DNA of 64,000 nt from Candidatus Saccharimonadales bacterium (GCA_041906765.1 JAYRIP010000003.1:30760-94759), one strand, 5' to 3'; positions 7,674 to 18,428 are shown, counted from the first letter of the stretch. A program made the numbers and translations. Notes: generated by a model not told the origin, from the sequence alone.

Positions 7674-8837
7674 ATGCACATTGTGGTTGTAGGCAGTGGA
7701 TTTGGCGGAGTCAAGACAGCCCTTGGCCTGGCAAATAAGCGCGACATTCGTGTCACCTTAGTGACGTCTAAACCAAATTTTGAGTATCACGGTGCCTTGT
7801 ATCGGTCAGCGACTGGCCGTTCACCGCTTGAAGTCGTGTTGCCGCTGAGAGATATTTTTGCTCGGGCACACAATGTTGAGATCGTGCTGGATAAAATTGT
7901 AAGCATTGACCCAATGGCAAAACATGTTGGTGGCGAAACCGGACACCTCTATGCCTACGACAAACTAGTGCTTGCCATGGGTAGCATGGTGAACTTCTAT
8001 GGTATTGATGGCATGGAAGAGCACGCTTATACAATGGATAACATTGAGTCCACTATCCTGCTTCGCCATCGCATTGTTAATTTGCTGAAAACCAATACTG
8101 ATCCGGAGTTAACCGTAGCCATTGTTGGCGGTGGCCCCACTGGCATAGAACTGACTGGTGAGCTGCCCTTTTTTGCAAACAAGGTAATAGATAAATATAA
8201 ACTGCACCATCAAAAATTGCGGATTACCCTTATTGAGGGTAGCCCACAGTTATTACCTGCTATGTTGCCCAAGGCCTCACAGAAAGTCCTGCGGCGTTTG
8301 CAGCATCTGGGGGTAAAGGTGTGGTGTGGCGCAAAGGTAAGTGGTTGTAATGAGAAGAAGCTGATCGTAAATGGCACAGCAGTGAGAGCAGATTTAATAA
8401 TTTGGACAGCCGGCAGTTGCACTGTACCGTTCTATAGCCAGTATCCTCGGGTTTTCCAGATGAAACACGGTAAGGTGATCGTTGATAAATTTCTTCATCC
8501 AGTGGGACATCCGGATATATATGTAATCGGTGATAATGCACTGACTCGCTATAGCGGCATGGCACAAACTGCTCTACATGATGCGAAGTTTGTCGCAAGC
8601 CACATTAGAGCTAACCGTGGGCGTGGATTACATCCTGCTTACCGTGTACGACAATCAATCTATGTTATCCCGGTTGGCAAAAACTGGGCAGTGGTACAGT
8701 CCGGGAACAAAGTGAGAAGCGGATACGCCGGTTGGTTAGTGCGTCGCCGAGCCGACTTATGGGTATTCCGCAACTTTAAACCGTATAAACAAGCTATTAA
8801 AACCTGGCGTAAAGGCAACCGCTGGGCGCATTTTTGA
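7674..8837 (+). CDS. ndh: type II NADH dehydrogenase (NDH-2) family FAD-dependent oxidoreductase
   Basis: Two dinucleotide-binding motifs (VVVGSGFGGV, VGGGPTGIELTGEL) and the GDNA motif near the C-terminus. Confidence 0.8.
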   Translation: MHIVVVGSGFGGVKTALGLANKRDIRVTLVTSKPNFEYHGALYRSATGRSPLEVVLPLRDIFARAHNVEIVLDKIVSIDPMAKHVGGETGHLYAYDKLVLAMGSMVNFYGIDGMEEHAYTMDNIESTILLRHRIVNLLKTNTDPELTVAIVGGGPTGIELTGELPFFANKVIDKYKLHHQKLRITLIEGSPQLLPAMLPKASQKVLRRLQHLGVKVWCGAKVSGCNEKKLIVNGTAVRADLIIWTAGSCTVPFYSQYPRVFQMKHGKVIVDKFLHPVGHPDIYVIGDNALTRYSGMAQTALHDAKFVASHIRANRGRGLHPAYRVRQSIYVIPVGKNWAVVQSGNKVRSGYAGWLVRRRADLWVFRNFKPYKQAIKTWRKGNRWAHF

Positions 8838-8879
8838 TTTGACCCTGATGCTTACAGACAAAATGCTACAATAAAGACA

Positions 8880-9488
8880 ATGGCGAGACAAAACAAAACG
8901 ATACCGAGCTGGGAACGTTGGTACCCCTATTTATTGGTAGGTGGAGGCACAGTTGGTTTGGTATCTGCTTTTTACCTTACGATGGAAAAACTGCATTTAC
9001 TGGAGCACCCTAACGCACAACTGATCTGCAACCTCAACCCGTTGTTTAGTTGTGGTTCGGTTATATTGAGTAAGCAGGCTTCTGCTTTCGGATTTCCGAA
9101 TCCTTACGTTGGGCTTGCCGGGTTCTCAGTGGTAATTACGATTGGTATGGCACTTCTGGCCGGCGCAACTTTTAAGCGTTGGTTTTGGCTTGGCCTACAA
9201 GGTGGGGCACTATTTGGGTTGCTTTTTGTCCACTGGCTGTTTTATCACTCCGTGTTTGTTATAGGCAAGTTATGTTTGTTCTGCATGGCAGTGTGGGCGG
9301 TGACAATCCCGATTTTCTGGTACACGACACTGCGCAATTATAGGAATGGTGTTATCACTTTTCCTTCGAGTTGGCAAAAACCGCTCAAGTTTCTTAGCAA
9401 AAATCATTTTAATGTCTTAGCAGTTTGGTTTTTGGCGATTGCTGGCATAATTATCTGGCATTTTTGGTACTACATCCAGACTCTTTAG
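8880..9488 (+). CDS. vitamin K epoxide reductase (VKOR) family membrane protein
   Basis: Loop cysteines in 4-5 TM helices (CNLNPLFSC) and a CxxC in a TM helix (CLFC). Confidence 0.7.
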   Translation: MARQNKTIPSWERWYPYLLVGGGTVGLVSAFYLTMEKLHLLEHPNAQLICNLNPLFSCGSVILSKQASAFGFPNPYVGLAGFSVVITIGMALLAGATFKRWFWLGLQGGALFGLLFVHWLFYHSVFVIGKLCLFCMAVWAVTIPIFWYTTLRNYRNGVITFPSSWQKPLKFLSKNHFNVLAVWFLAIAGIIIWHFWYYIQTL

Positions 9489-10810
9489 TCGGTACTCAGT
9501 AGGTCGATTGTTAGTGCTGCTGACCAAGAGAAGTGATCGGCGCCCGCCGGGCTGCCATCGATGGGCGAAAAATACTCTCTGAAGCCATGTGTCTGCATAA
9601 GTTCAAGAGTGCGATCCCTTACTAGCGCTGCCTCTTTATCATATCCATAACGTCGTAGGCCATCATAAATCAGCCAATTGGTATTGCACCAGACAGGCCC
9701 TTGCCAATAAGTATGCGGCTTAAACCAGGGCGAATTAATTGGGACGGTGGGAATAGGATGGGTGGCTCCAAATAAATGAGGATCACGGATAAGCTCGACA
9801 AGTTTGGCAGCCTGCTCTTTGGATATACTGCCTGCATACAACGGTAGCAAAGTAGCGATGCTTGGAACTTTGATGAGTTTGTGAGTGACGAAGTTCCTGG
9901 AAAAATACTGGCCGGCGTAAGGGTCCCATAAACTTTCAAGTGCCTGGCGAGTACGTGCCATGTGTGCTTGTAGTTCTTTCGGTAAAGGGCGTTGGATTGT
10001 CTTAGCAATTGAAGCCAGATGTTCGTTTGCACGCACTAGTATGGAATTGAATACCAGGTCTTCTATGAGGAATACCGAGTAAGGGAGTATCTGGTTAATA
10101 TCATATGATTTACGTCTGAGCCGGCGCTGGATGCTAAAAAAAGCCAGGGCATCAATGGTTTCCAGACGTTCAACGGCTGGAACATACTTTGTATCGCGTC
10201 GCACAAAATTTGCGAGCCAAAGCAACCGACTAGCTTGCAGTCCACGAACCCACCATGGCAACAGGTGCTGATGCAGTTCGTACATCCAGGGCGGGGTGTT
10301 GTCCAGGCCCGTCTCCCAAGGGTGTATTTGCAAAGTAAGCCCTTCTTGGTGAGGGTCGCGCTCGTTGTATAGCCATTGATGGTAGGCAAGCAATCGCGGA
10401 TATACAGTTTTATACCAGGTACGCCTCTCGGGTGATGATAGCTTTTGACCCACTCTTATTATTGCTTCTGCCAGCATTGGTGGCTGAGTAATGCCGCTGG
10501 TGGCTACACGATCTGGTGCTTGGGGACTCAACCAACTACGCCAAATATTGTGATCGGGTGAGAAGTTCTTATGATCGGCAAAAAGCACATGCGGAACCAT
10601 ACCGTTATGCCATTGTCCGGTCAGTAAATGCAAAATCTCAGTTTGTGCACGGGTAGTATCAGTGTGGCTTAACCCGATCGCGATAAAACAACTGTCCCAT
10701 AGCCATTGATGCGGATACAGCCCCTGAGCGGGTATGGTGTATTGACCGCGATCATTGCCTTTTAGGGCAGCTTTTGCCTGTTCGCGCAGTTGTTCAGTGT
10801 TTATCTGCAT
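9485..10810 (-). CDS. (alpha/alpha)6-barrel glycoside hydrolase, GH63/MGH1-like
   Basis: YPHQWLWDSCFIAIG and WQGPVWCNTNW resemble the mannosylglycerate/glucosylglycerate hydrolase-like family. Substrate not inferable. Confidence 0.55.
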   Translation of the reverse strand: MQINTEQLREQAKAALKGNDRGQYTIPAQGLYPHQWLWDSCFIAIGLSHTDTTRAQTEILHLLTGQWHNGMVPHVLFADHKNFSPDHNIWRSWLSPQAPDRVATSGITQPPMLAEAIIRVGQKLSSPERRTWYKTVYPRLLAYHQWLYNERDPHQEGLTLQIHPWETGLDNTPPWMYELHQHLLPWWVRGLQASRLLWLANFVRRDTKYVPAVERLETIDALAFFSIQRRLRRKSYDINQILPYSVFLIEDLVFNSILVRANEHLASIAKTIQRPLPKELQAHMARTRQALESLWDPYAGQYFSRNFVTHKLIKVPSIATLLPLYAGSISKEQAAKLVELIRDPHLFGATHPIPTVPINSPWFKPHTYWQGPVWCNTNWLIYDGLRRYGYDKEAALVRDRTLELMQTHGFREYFSPIDGSPAGADHFSWSAALTIDLLSTD

Positions 10811-10812
10811 AT

Positions 10813-10841
10813 TTGGTTATGCTTTGAAATACACGTATTAT
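10813..10841 (+). promoter_or_regulatory. sigma70-type promoter (TTGGTT-17 nt-TATTAT), 6 nt from the ATG at 10848
   Basis: Hexamers and spacing read directly from the sequence. No SD between the -10 box and the ATG. Confidence 0.45.
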
Positions 10842-10847
10842 TGTACT

Positions 10848-11345
10848 ATGAGAAGAAAATCAAAAACTGACGGTTCCTGCCGAAAGATTATACTGCGGCT
10901 GGCGGCGATGCCTGGCTATTGTTTATGGCTTTTCAATTGGCTGGCAATCAGTCTACTGGCGTTCATGCTTGCAGCAAAGCTTTTGGGAGCGAGCACGAAT
11001 ATATCTGACACTTCATCTAACCAAACGCTGAGTCTAAGTGTGGCCGCACATAACGCTGCTGACGGGATCCTGTTTATTTTGGTGAGTGTGTTTTTCTGGT
11101 ATTTAGCTTCACGCCTGGCCCATCGTTTTGTTGCCCAAATAGCACGCCATCAGACAGCCCGAAAATCAGCCGTAAAATTCGGTGGTTTATTAGCGGGGGC
11201 ATTTATCATGTTGGCATTCCTACTGGCGTGGAGAGTAACAATCTCACCCTTGTTGCCTATTACTATATTGACCGTTATTGGTTGCCTAAGCTTTTGGGCC
11301 GAAGCAACTTTAGCCCAACGCTGGAAATTACAGAACGAACTTTAG
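10848..11345 (+). CDS. hypothetical membrane protein
   Basis: 4 predicted TM segments. Start moved to ATG 10848 because the longer ORF overlaps the divergent GH gene and the promoter. Confidence 0.55.
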   Translation: MRRKSKTDGSCRKIILRLAAMPGYCLWLFNWLAISLLAFMLAAKLLGASTNISDTSSNQTLSLSVAAHNAADGILFILVSVFFWYLASRLAHRFVAQIARHQTARKSAVKFGGLLAGAFIMLAFLLAWRVTISPLLPITILTVIGCLSFWAEATLAQRWKLQNEL

Positions 11346-11460
11346 GTTAACTCAAGTATGCCCCCTTTTTAAATTTACGTGTGTAGTTGTTCTTGAATTG
11401 GTAAAAACCGTCACAAAAACTCGCAAGGTGCGTTATGGTTGTTATAATTGAGGTTAACTT

Positions 11461-12498
11461 ATGAACTATCAAAACCCACAAATTGCATCGGTAGCTGACA
11501 TGTTAAAAGAACGGCTCTCATCCACCGATGAACCCCGATCGGTTTTGCGAGCGCCGGAGCTTAGAGCGCTATTTGAGGAGCTGAAAACCTTGCCGACAGA
11601 GACAAAAGCATTATTTGGTAAAGAATTGAACCTGTTAAAAACCGAGTTAACCGCTTTGATCACCGACAAAATTGAGGAGGTCACTCCTGTTGCACCAATA
11701 GATGTAACAGCACCATTTGACGTCAACACCCCTTTTGCACAACGCCCTCGCCTATTGCCCGCAGAACAAGGGAGTATACACCCTTTAATGCGTGAATTTC
11801 GCACTATACTGGATATTTTTTACCGAATGGGTTTTTTGGCTGTTGAGTCACGACAGATTGACGATGATTATCATATGTTTGAATCACTGAATTTTCCGGC
11901 GGGCCATCCAGCGAGGGATGATTATGATACTTTTACTACTACCGAAGGACTTATCGCACCGGCTCACACCAGCACCATGCAGAATCGTGTATTGAAAGAA
12001 TTAAAACCAGAGCTCGACAAAGGAGAAACGATACGAGTGGTTATACCGGGGCGGGTTTTTCGCAATGAAGACCTTGATGCACGACATGAACACACGTTTT
12101 ATCAGTTAGAAGGCTTATATGTCGGTGAAGGTATTCACGTAGGGCATTTGTTGGCAACTTTGCAAACTTTTTTGCAAGAGTACTACCAGCAAAAATTAGT
12201 GGTAAAGACGCAGCCTTTTTATTTCCCGTTTACCGAACCGAGCTTTGAATTTGCCCTGAGCTGCCCATTTTGCAAGCAAAAAGGATGCAAGGTATGCAGC
12301 CACACTGGCTGGATAGAATTGTTGGGGTGTGGAATGATTCATCCCAGAGTACTCGAAATGGCAGGCATTGACCCTAAGCGACACACCGGTTTCGCCTGGG
12401 GCGGCGGTATCGACCGGCTGGTGATGATGAAATATGATATAGATGACGTTCGCCATTTTGAATCCGGCAAATTAAGTTTCTTAAGGCAATTTGCATGA
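11461..12498 (+). CDS. pheS: phenylalanine--tRNA ligase alpha subunit
   Basis: Class II motif 2 (FRNEDLDARHEHTFYQLEG) and motif 3 (GFAWGGGIDRLVMMKY). Confidence 0.95.
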   Translation: MNYQNPQIASVADMLKERLSSTDEPRSVLRAPELRALFEELKTLPTETKALFGKELNLLKTELTALITDKIEEVTPVAPIDVTAPFDVNTPFAQRPRLLPAEQGSIHPLMREFRTILDIFYRMGFLAVESRQIDDDYHMFESLNFPAGHPARDDYDTFTTTEGLIAPAHTSTMQNRVLKELKPELDKGETIRVVIPGRVFRNEDLDARHEHTFYQLEGLYVGEGIHVGHLLATLQTFLQEYYQQKLVVKTQPFYFPFTEPSFEFALSCPFCKQKGCKVCSHTGWIELLGCGMIHPRVLEMAGIDPKRHTGFAWGGGIDRLVMMKYDIDDVRHFESGKLSFLRQFA

Positions 12499-15020
12499 AA
12501 GTATCCCGTAACTGGCTTAGGAAATATACCAAACTGCCGGAGAGAGATGAGTTGCTTGTGCAGAAAATTGGCTCCCAACTTGGTGGCGTCGATGCGACGA
12601 TATCACTGGGAGAACGGTATAAGGGTATCCAGGCGGTTAAAATAGTATCCTGTCTGAAGCATCCCAACGCCGATAATTTGCAGGTCTGCAGTCTTGATAC
12701 AGGCGGGGCGGCTGCGCATGTTGGCCTTGCGAACGAAGAGGGCTACGTACAAGTAGTTTGTGGTGCCCTAAATGTACGGATGGGACAGACTGCGGTGTGG
12801 ATTCCGCCCGGCGTGGTTGTTCCCAGCACAAGAGAGAACGAGCCGTTTAAGATTGAGTCACGCGATATCAGGGGCATAAAGAGTAGTGGCATGCTTGCCA
12901 GCCCAAAAGAGCTAGGTTTCAGCGATGACCATCAAGGGATTTTGCTTTTGCCGTCAGACGTAACTCCTGGTACGCCCCTCACTGATATATATGAGCTTAA
13001 CGATCTCATTATTGATATAGAGAATAAAATGTTTACACACCGACCGGATTGTTTTGGTATGCTCGGTATCGCACGAGAGGTGGCGGGCATTACGGATGTT
13101 GCTTTCCACTCGCCAGAATGGTACCTCAGCCCACTTGACTTACCGCCGGCAGAGGAGAGCGCTGCTTTACCAATTGAAATTAGCAATGTGGCCGATGAGC
13201 TGGCACCTCGATTTATGGGAATCGTTATCAAAGGTGTGAAGATAGGCCCTAGTCCTGTTGGTCTCCAGAGCTACCTATCCAGACTTGGGGTTAAGCCAAT
13301 CAACAATGTGGTGGATATAACCAACTACTATATGCTGCTAACTGCCCAGCCACTACATGCCTATGATTATGACAAACTAAAGGCAGTGGATGGACTACAT
13401 AATACTGCCTGCCTGACGGTGCGGACTGCTGTTGAGGGCGAAACCCTGCGATTACTTGGTGACAAAGAAGTGAAGCTAACGAATGATGATGTTGTAATTG
13501 CCAGCCGGACAAGGCCGGTCGGCCTTGCTGGTATTATGGGCGGCGCCGAAACCGAAGTGGATGCCACTACGACAAACATCATGCTCGAGTGTGCCAATTT
13601 TGATATGTATGCCATAAGGCGTACGGCGATGCGACTGGGTTTGTTTACGGAAGCCGCAATCCGGTTTACTAAACAACAATCACCATTACAAAACGATCGG
13701 GTGCTACATAAGGCGGCACAGGATATCCTCAAATCAACGGGTGGCAAAATTGCCAGCAAAGTATATGACGAGCAGGGCAAATTACCAACGGTGGGTTCAG
13801 TACAGGTCACGACTTCATTCATCAATGATCGTCTTGGCCTGCAGTTGACTACTGATGCAATTGTAAAGACCTTAGCAAATGTAGAATTTAACGTTGCCAC
13901 TGAAGGTGAAACGTTGCGAGTGGATGCGCCGTTTTGGCGGACCGATATTCATATTGAAGAAGATATAGTTGAAGAAGTTGGACGTCTTATCGGGTATGAC
14001 CATCTTTCCGTTGAACTACCGGTGCGCAATATTCAGCCGGCTGCCAAAAACAAACCTCTCGAGCTAAAAGACTGGGTTCGTGATACTTTGAAACAGGCCG
14101 GTACGAACGAAGTGCTGACTTATACCTTTGTCCACGGTAACTTACTAGAGAAGTGTGGACAGGATGCAAAGCTTGCTTTTGAGCTTGGTAATGCCTTGAG
14201 TCCCGATTTACAATTTTACCGTTTAAGCCTAACGCCGAGCCTGCTTGAAAAAACACATACCAACTTAAAGGCTGGTTATCGCGAGTTTGCACTATTTGAA
14301 ATTAATAAAACACACTGTAAACAAGAGGTTGACAAAGACGGCTTGCCGAAAGAAAGTGAGCGGATTGCGTGGGTATCCGCGGCCGATAAAACTGCAGTCG
14401 CGAAATACTATGGCGCTCCTTTCTATCAGGCAAGGTACACTTTGGAGTTCTTATTGCAACGGGCTGGTTTAGCAACTTTCTATTCACTAGTGCCGCTTTC
14501 TGATTACAAACCAGCGTCAGAGTCAGAAAATCAGCTGCTTGTGCCGTATGAACCGCAGCGCTCTGCGGTTGTTCTTGGTAGCGAAAAACAAATTCTGGGC
14601 GTGGTAGGCGAGTTTACTGCCCGCGTTCGTCGACAGATGAAACTGCCCGCGTTTTTGAGTGGATTTGAGCTATACCTGGAACCGCTTATGAAGACGAAAC
14701 AATCACCGCAGTATGTTTCATTGTCGAGGTTTCCTTCCACTGAACAAGATATTAGTTTTCGTGTCAGTCCTGATACGGTTTATGGAGTGCTACAGCGAAC
14801 AATGGAAGAAAGTCTAGCAAAAGCCAAATCCAATCACGGCTATCGGTTTACTTTAAGTCCCCTGGATATATATATAAGTGAGGACAAACAAGAAAAGCAT
14901 GTCGCGTTCCGCATCAGGCTTACGCATCCGCAGCGGACGTTAACTATTGATGAAACCAACCGGCTTTTGGATGAATTAGCTCAAAATATGCAACAGACTC
15001 ACCAAGCCGAGCGTCTATAA
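12495..15020 (+). CDS. pheT: phenylalanine--tRNA ligase beta subunit
   Basis: 4-nt ATGA overlap with pheS. N-terminal tRNA-binding domain (HPNADNLQVC), B3/4 and B5 regions and a C-terminal FDX-ACB-like domain. Confidence 0.93.
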   Translation: MKVSRNWLRKYTKLPERDELLVQKIGSQLGGVDATISLGERYKGIQAVKIVSCLKHPNADNLQVCSLDTGGAAAHVGLANEEGYVQVVCGALNVRMGQTAVWIPPGVVVPSTRENEPFKIESRDIRGIKSSGMLASPKELGFSDDHQGILLLPSDVTPGTPLTDIYELNDLIIDIENKMFTHRPDCFGMLGIAREVAGITDVAFHSPEWYLSPLDLPPAEESAALPIEISNVADELAPRFMGIVIKGVKIGPSPVGLQSYLSRLGVKPINNVVDITNYYMLLTAQPLHAYDYDKLKAVDGLHNTACLTVRTAVEGETLRLLGDKEVKLTNDDVVIASRTRPVGLAGIMGGAETEVDATTTNIMLECANFDMYAIRRTAMRLGLFTEAAIRFTKQQSPLQNDRVLHKAAQDILKSTGGKIASKVYDEQGKLPTVGSVQVTTSFINDRLGLQLTTDAIVKTLANVEFNVATEGETLRVDAPFWRTDIHIEEDIVEEVGRLIGYDHLSVELPVRNIQPAAKNKPLELKDWVRDTLKQAGTNEVLTYTFVHGNLLEKCGQDAKLAFELGNALSPDLQFYRLSLTPSLLEKTHTNLKAGYREFALFEINKTHCKQEVDKDGLPKESERIAWVSAADKTAVAKYYGAPFYQARYTLEFLLQRAGLATFYSLVPLSDYKPASESENQLLVPYEPQRSAVVLGSEKQILGVVGEFTARVRRQMKLPAFLSGFELYLEPLMKTKQSPQYVSLSRFPSTEQDISFRVSPDTVYGVLQRTMEESLAKAKSNHGYRFTLSPLDIYISEDKQEKHVAFRIRLTHPQRTLTIDETNRLLDELAQNMQQTHQAERL

Positions 15021-15067
15021 AAGCGTTTGATTGACAGAGAGAACATGCTTATGCTTGAATAGCCTTA

Positions 15068-15628
15068 ATGGCTCGAACACTAAAAAGTGCTAACCAAAAC
15101 CAGCTTTCAGCAACTGTCGTGGGCTTAGCCCGAGCGCATTTTCTGTTCGTAATGGTGTATGTGGCAGTAATTATTGCTTCAGACGCGTGGAATCTTATTG
15201 TTCCTGAGATTGTGCTACAGCGCTGGACGTTGGCGGCCGTGATGTTAAGTGTTAGTGCGCTTGTCTGGTACGTAGCTCGCAATAAGGTACGTGGGCAATG
15301 GTTCTATACCGGACTGGTTTTTATTTTGGTGATCATGGATATCATTGTGGCGGCCATAAGCGTTTATATGCAACGTGGCATGGCGAGCCGAAGTGTAATG
15401 CTTTTTGCCTTGCCAATAGCAGTGGCGGCCGCCCTACGCAGTCGAGCAGCCATATTTGCAGCAGCTACGTTATCGGCAGCCGCCTATACCCTTGCTGCCG
15501 TGCGCTACTTTGTACTGCATTTCAATGAGGGGTACAAGGCTGAACTTTATACTGAGACTCTGTTTTATGCAGGTATGTTTTTTGTAATGGCCGCCGTCCT
15601 CTGGGCGGTTGTTCGTCCACGTCCCTAA
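15068..15628 (+). CDS. hypothetical polytopic membrane protein
   Basis: 5-6 hydrophobic helices. No motif recognised. Confidence 0.55.
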   Translation: MARTLKSANQNQLSATVVGLARAHFLFVMVYVAVIIASDAWNLIVPEIVLQRWTLAAVMLSVSALVWYVARNKVRGQWFYTGLVFILVIMDIIVAAISVYMQRGMASRSVMLFALPIAVAAALRSRAAIFAAATLSAAAYTLAAVRYFVLHFNEGYKAELYTETLFYAGMFFVMAAVLWAVVRPRP

Positions 15629-15667
15629 GTTGGGATTTATTCGAATCTTTTTTACAATAATGGCAGT

Positions 15668-17443
15668 ATGAAATATATCTGGCGGATCATCCGTTTTACT
15701 TCCAGTCTGTGGCGTTATTATGTGGCTATTGGGGTGATAACCGTGTTGGTGGCCTTATCGAATTTACTAATCCCATTGCTGACTGGGTGGGCAATCGATG
15801 AAATGCGTCGTGGCAACGCCGCCTCACACTTATCATATTTGGTTTGGTTAGCGGTAGCGATTTTGGTACTCGATCTACTGAATAATCTTTTAAACAATGC
15901 AGGTGGCTATCTGGGTGACCAGATGTCGACCAAATTGCAGCGCAATCTAAGTACACGCTACTACCGCCATTTACTCAGTTTGCCGCAGCGTTACTTTGAC
16001 GAGCAGTTGACCGGTAAGATTATCAACCGCTTAAATCGCTCCATCGAACAAATCAGTAACTTTATGCAAATGATGAGTAATAACTTTTTGCAGTTTATTT
16101 TTAGTACGGTGTTTGCGCTGATTGTGGTGGCGTATTATAGCTGGCCAATCGCCCTGATGTTATTTTCGCTCTACCCGATTTATATATGGATGACAGTACG
16201 GACCAGTAGTAAGTGGATGGAGTATGCAAAGAAGATTAATAAAAACTGGGATATTGCCACGGGCCGGTTTGCCGAGGCGATTGGGCAAATAAAGGTGGTC
16301 AAAGGCTATGTACAGGAAGAAAAAGAGCTTACTTACTTTGATGCGCGCTATCGTCGTATTATCAGATATGTTAAGCCGCAGTCCAAGCTGTGGCATGTTA
16401 AAGATGCACAGCGTCGATTGGTGCTTAATGTAATTTTCTTTGGAGTATTCTTGTTTATTTTCATCGAGGGGGCACGCGGAGTGTTTACACCTGGCCAAGC
16501 GATCGCACTTATTTTATATGCAATGCAGATACGCATACCGATTTTCACCATCAGTTTTTTGGTTGAAAATACTCAGCGGGCGGTGGCAAACAGCAAAGAC
16601 TATTTTGAGGTGATGAATACACAGCCTGAAATTGCCGACCGTCAAGGCGCAGGCGAACTACAAATTTCTAAAGGCAAGATTGTTTTCGATAAAGTTAGCT
16701 TTGGCTACACAAAAACCGATCCAGTACTACAAGATATGTCATTGGAAATTGCACCGGATAGCAGAATAGCGTTGGTGGGTGAGAGCGGCGAAGGTAAGAC
16801 CACTATCACTAATTTACTAATGCGCTTATACGAGCCACAAGAAGGTCATATCTTGATTGATGGGCAGGATATCCAGGAGGTTACGCAGCAATCCTTGCGT
16901 CGGGCAATCGGAGTGGTGTTTCAGGAGTCGGCGCTGTTCAGCGGCACAGTGCGCGAGAATATCGGCTATGCCAGTAAAGATGCCACAGAGCAACAAATCA
17001 TATCTGCGGCCAGAGCTGCCAATGCCCACGAGTTTATCAGCCAACTAAAAAAGGGATATGATACGGAAATTGGAGAACGTGGTTTGAAGCTAAGTGGGGG
17101 ACAGAAACAACGGATTGCTATCGCTCGTGCCTTACTTAAAGATGCGCCGATTCTAATATTAGATGAAGCGACGAGTAGCTTAGATAGTAAAAGCGAAGCG
17201 CTCGTACAAGGAGCTCTTGATAACCTCATGCGTGGCCGTACTACGATAATTATTGCCCACCGGTTGAGTACTATTCAAAATGTGGATATGATTGTAACCT
17301 TGCGTGGTGGCCGAATTGATGAGACTGGTTCGCCCGCTCAACTAGAGAAGTCTGGTGGTATATATTCGCGGCTACTCGAATTACAACATGGTCGCTCCGA
17401 AGAGAATCGCAAGCAGCTTAGAGCATTTGAAATCGCTACATAA
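15668..17443 (+). CDS. ABC exporter, fused permease/ATPase (MsbA-like)
   Basis: 6-TM N-terminal domain, Walker A GESGEGKTT, signature LSGGQKQRIAIARA, Walker B ILILDEATS. Confidence 0.9.
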   Translation: MKYIWRIIRFTSSLWRYYVAIGVITVLVALSNLLIPLLTGWAIDEMRRGNAASHLSYLVWLAVAILVLDLLNNLLNNAGGYLGDQMSTKLQRNLSTRYYRHLLSLPQRYFDEQLTGKIINRLNRSIEQISNFMQMMSNNFLQFIFSTVFALIVVAYYSWPIALMLFSLYPIYIWMTVRTSSKWMEYAKKINKNWDIATGRFAEAIGQIKVVKGYVQEEKELTYFDARYRRIIRYVKPQSKLWHVKDAQRRLVLNVIFFGVFLFIFIEGARGVFTPGQAIALILYAMQIRIPIFTISFLVENTQRAVANSKDYFEVMNTQPEIADRQGAGELQISKGKIVFDKVSFGYTKTDPVLQDMSLEIAPDSRIALVGESGEGKTTITNLLMRLYEPQEGHILIDGQDIQEVTQQSLRRAIGVVFQESALFSGTVRENIGYASKDATEQQIISAARAANAHEFISQLKKGYDTEIGERGLKLSGGQKQRIAIARALLKDAPILILDEATSSLDSKSEALVQGALDNLMRGRTTIIIAHRLSTIQNVDMIVTLRGGRIDETGSPAQLEKSGGIYSRLLELQHGRSEENRKQLRAFEIAT

Positions 17444-17515
17444 ATAAAGAATAAATCGTTGGCAAGGTGGCCTCGGCGTAAGGTATAATGTACTTTGAAA
17501 CAAACGGAGGATAGG

Positions 17516-18085
17516 ATGACAAAATTGCCCACCAGGGCAGCAGCTTTGATTGGAGCGGCCTTATTTTTGGTTACTTCAATTGGCTTCAGTGGCCTGGTAA
17601 TCTGGCAAATGGTTAAAGACCAAAACAAGAAGACATCACAATCAGTCCAGGATGAACTCAATAAAAGCAATTCTGCTGCAGCAGAGAACAATAATCAATC
17701 AAAGGAGGGAAAGTTGGAAGGCACGAAACTTGCAGATTTTACCCCAGTGGCAAAAGTTGAATCATTACAAAAAATTGACACGACCTCTGGTACGGGCGCA
17801 GAAGTTAAATCCGGCGATACTGTTACCGCTCACTATACTGGCGCTGTGGCGGCCACAGGAGTAATATTCCAAAGTTCTCATGACAGAGGAGAACCTGTTC
17901 CCTTTGGACTGGATCAAGTTATTACCGGGTGGAAAGAAGGAGTCCCGGGCATGAAAGTGGGTGGTAAACGGCGCCTACTTATCCCAGCGGCCATGGCTTA
18001 TGGCGCTTCGCCGCCGCAGGGTTCTAACATTCCACCGAATGCCGATCTTGTTTTTGATATAGAACTAGTGAAAATTGGCCAATAA
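17516..18085 (+). CDS. membrane-anchored FKBP-type peptidyl-prolyl cis-trans isomerase
   Basis: GGAGG SD before ATG 17516. N-terminal TM. FKBP core GDTVTAHYTG...FQSSHDRGEPVPFGLDQVITGWKEG...GGKRRLLIP. Confidence 0.85.
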   Translation: MTKLPTRAAALIGAALFLVTSIGFSGLVIWQMVKDQNKKTSQSVQDELNKSNSAAAENNNQSKEGKLEGTKLADFTPVAKVESLQKIDTTSGTGAEVKSGDTVTAHYTGAVAATGVIFQSSHDRGEPVPFGLDQVITGWKEGVPGMKVGGKRRLLIPAAMAYGASPPQGSNIPPNADLVFDIELVKIGQ

Positions 18086-18179
18086 CGTAAAAAACACAAT
18101 ATATAGTGTATTGCGATAATTCAAAGCGCTATATACAATAAACTAAAGCACTAAAAGTAAAAAAGGAGCACCCAAGAAA

Positions 18180-18428
18180 ATGCCAAAGAATATCACCATC
18201 TTTACTACAAACACCTGCGGATATTGCGTCATGGTGAAGAAATGGCTACATGCAAAGGGGTTTTCCTACGAAGAAGTTAATCTAGACGAACATCCTGACC
18301 GCCAGGCTGAGGCATTACAGGTGAGTGGACAGCTTGCAGTACCCGTTACGGTGGTGACCCGAAACGATGATTCCCGCGAGGTAGTGGTCGGCTATAACCT
18401 TGCAAAACTAGCACCGGCAGTTGCTTGA
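18180..18428 (+). CDS. glutaredoxin-like (NrdH/YruB-type) small redox protein
   Basis: 82 aa, CGYC active site near the N-terminus, thioredoxin-fold spacing. AAGGAG SD. Confidence 0.75.
   Translation: MPKNITIFTTNTCGYCVMVKKWLHAKGFSYEEVNLDEHPDRQAEALQVSGQLAVPVTVVTRNDDSREVVVGYNLAKLAPAVA

Noticed and set aside
11346-11460. T-box leader upstream of pheS-pheT
   Set aside because: The region is only about 115 nt. It has no T-box sequence, specifier loop or terminator. TATAAT sits 12 nt from the ATG, leaving no room for a leader RNA.
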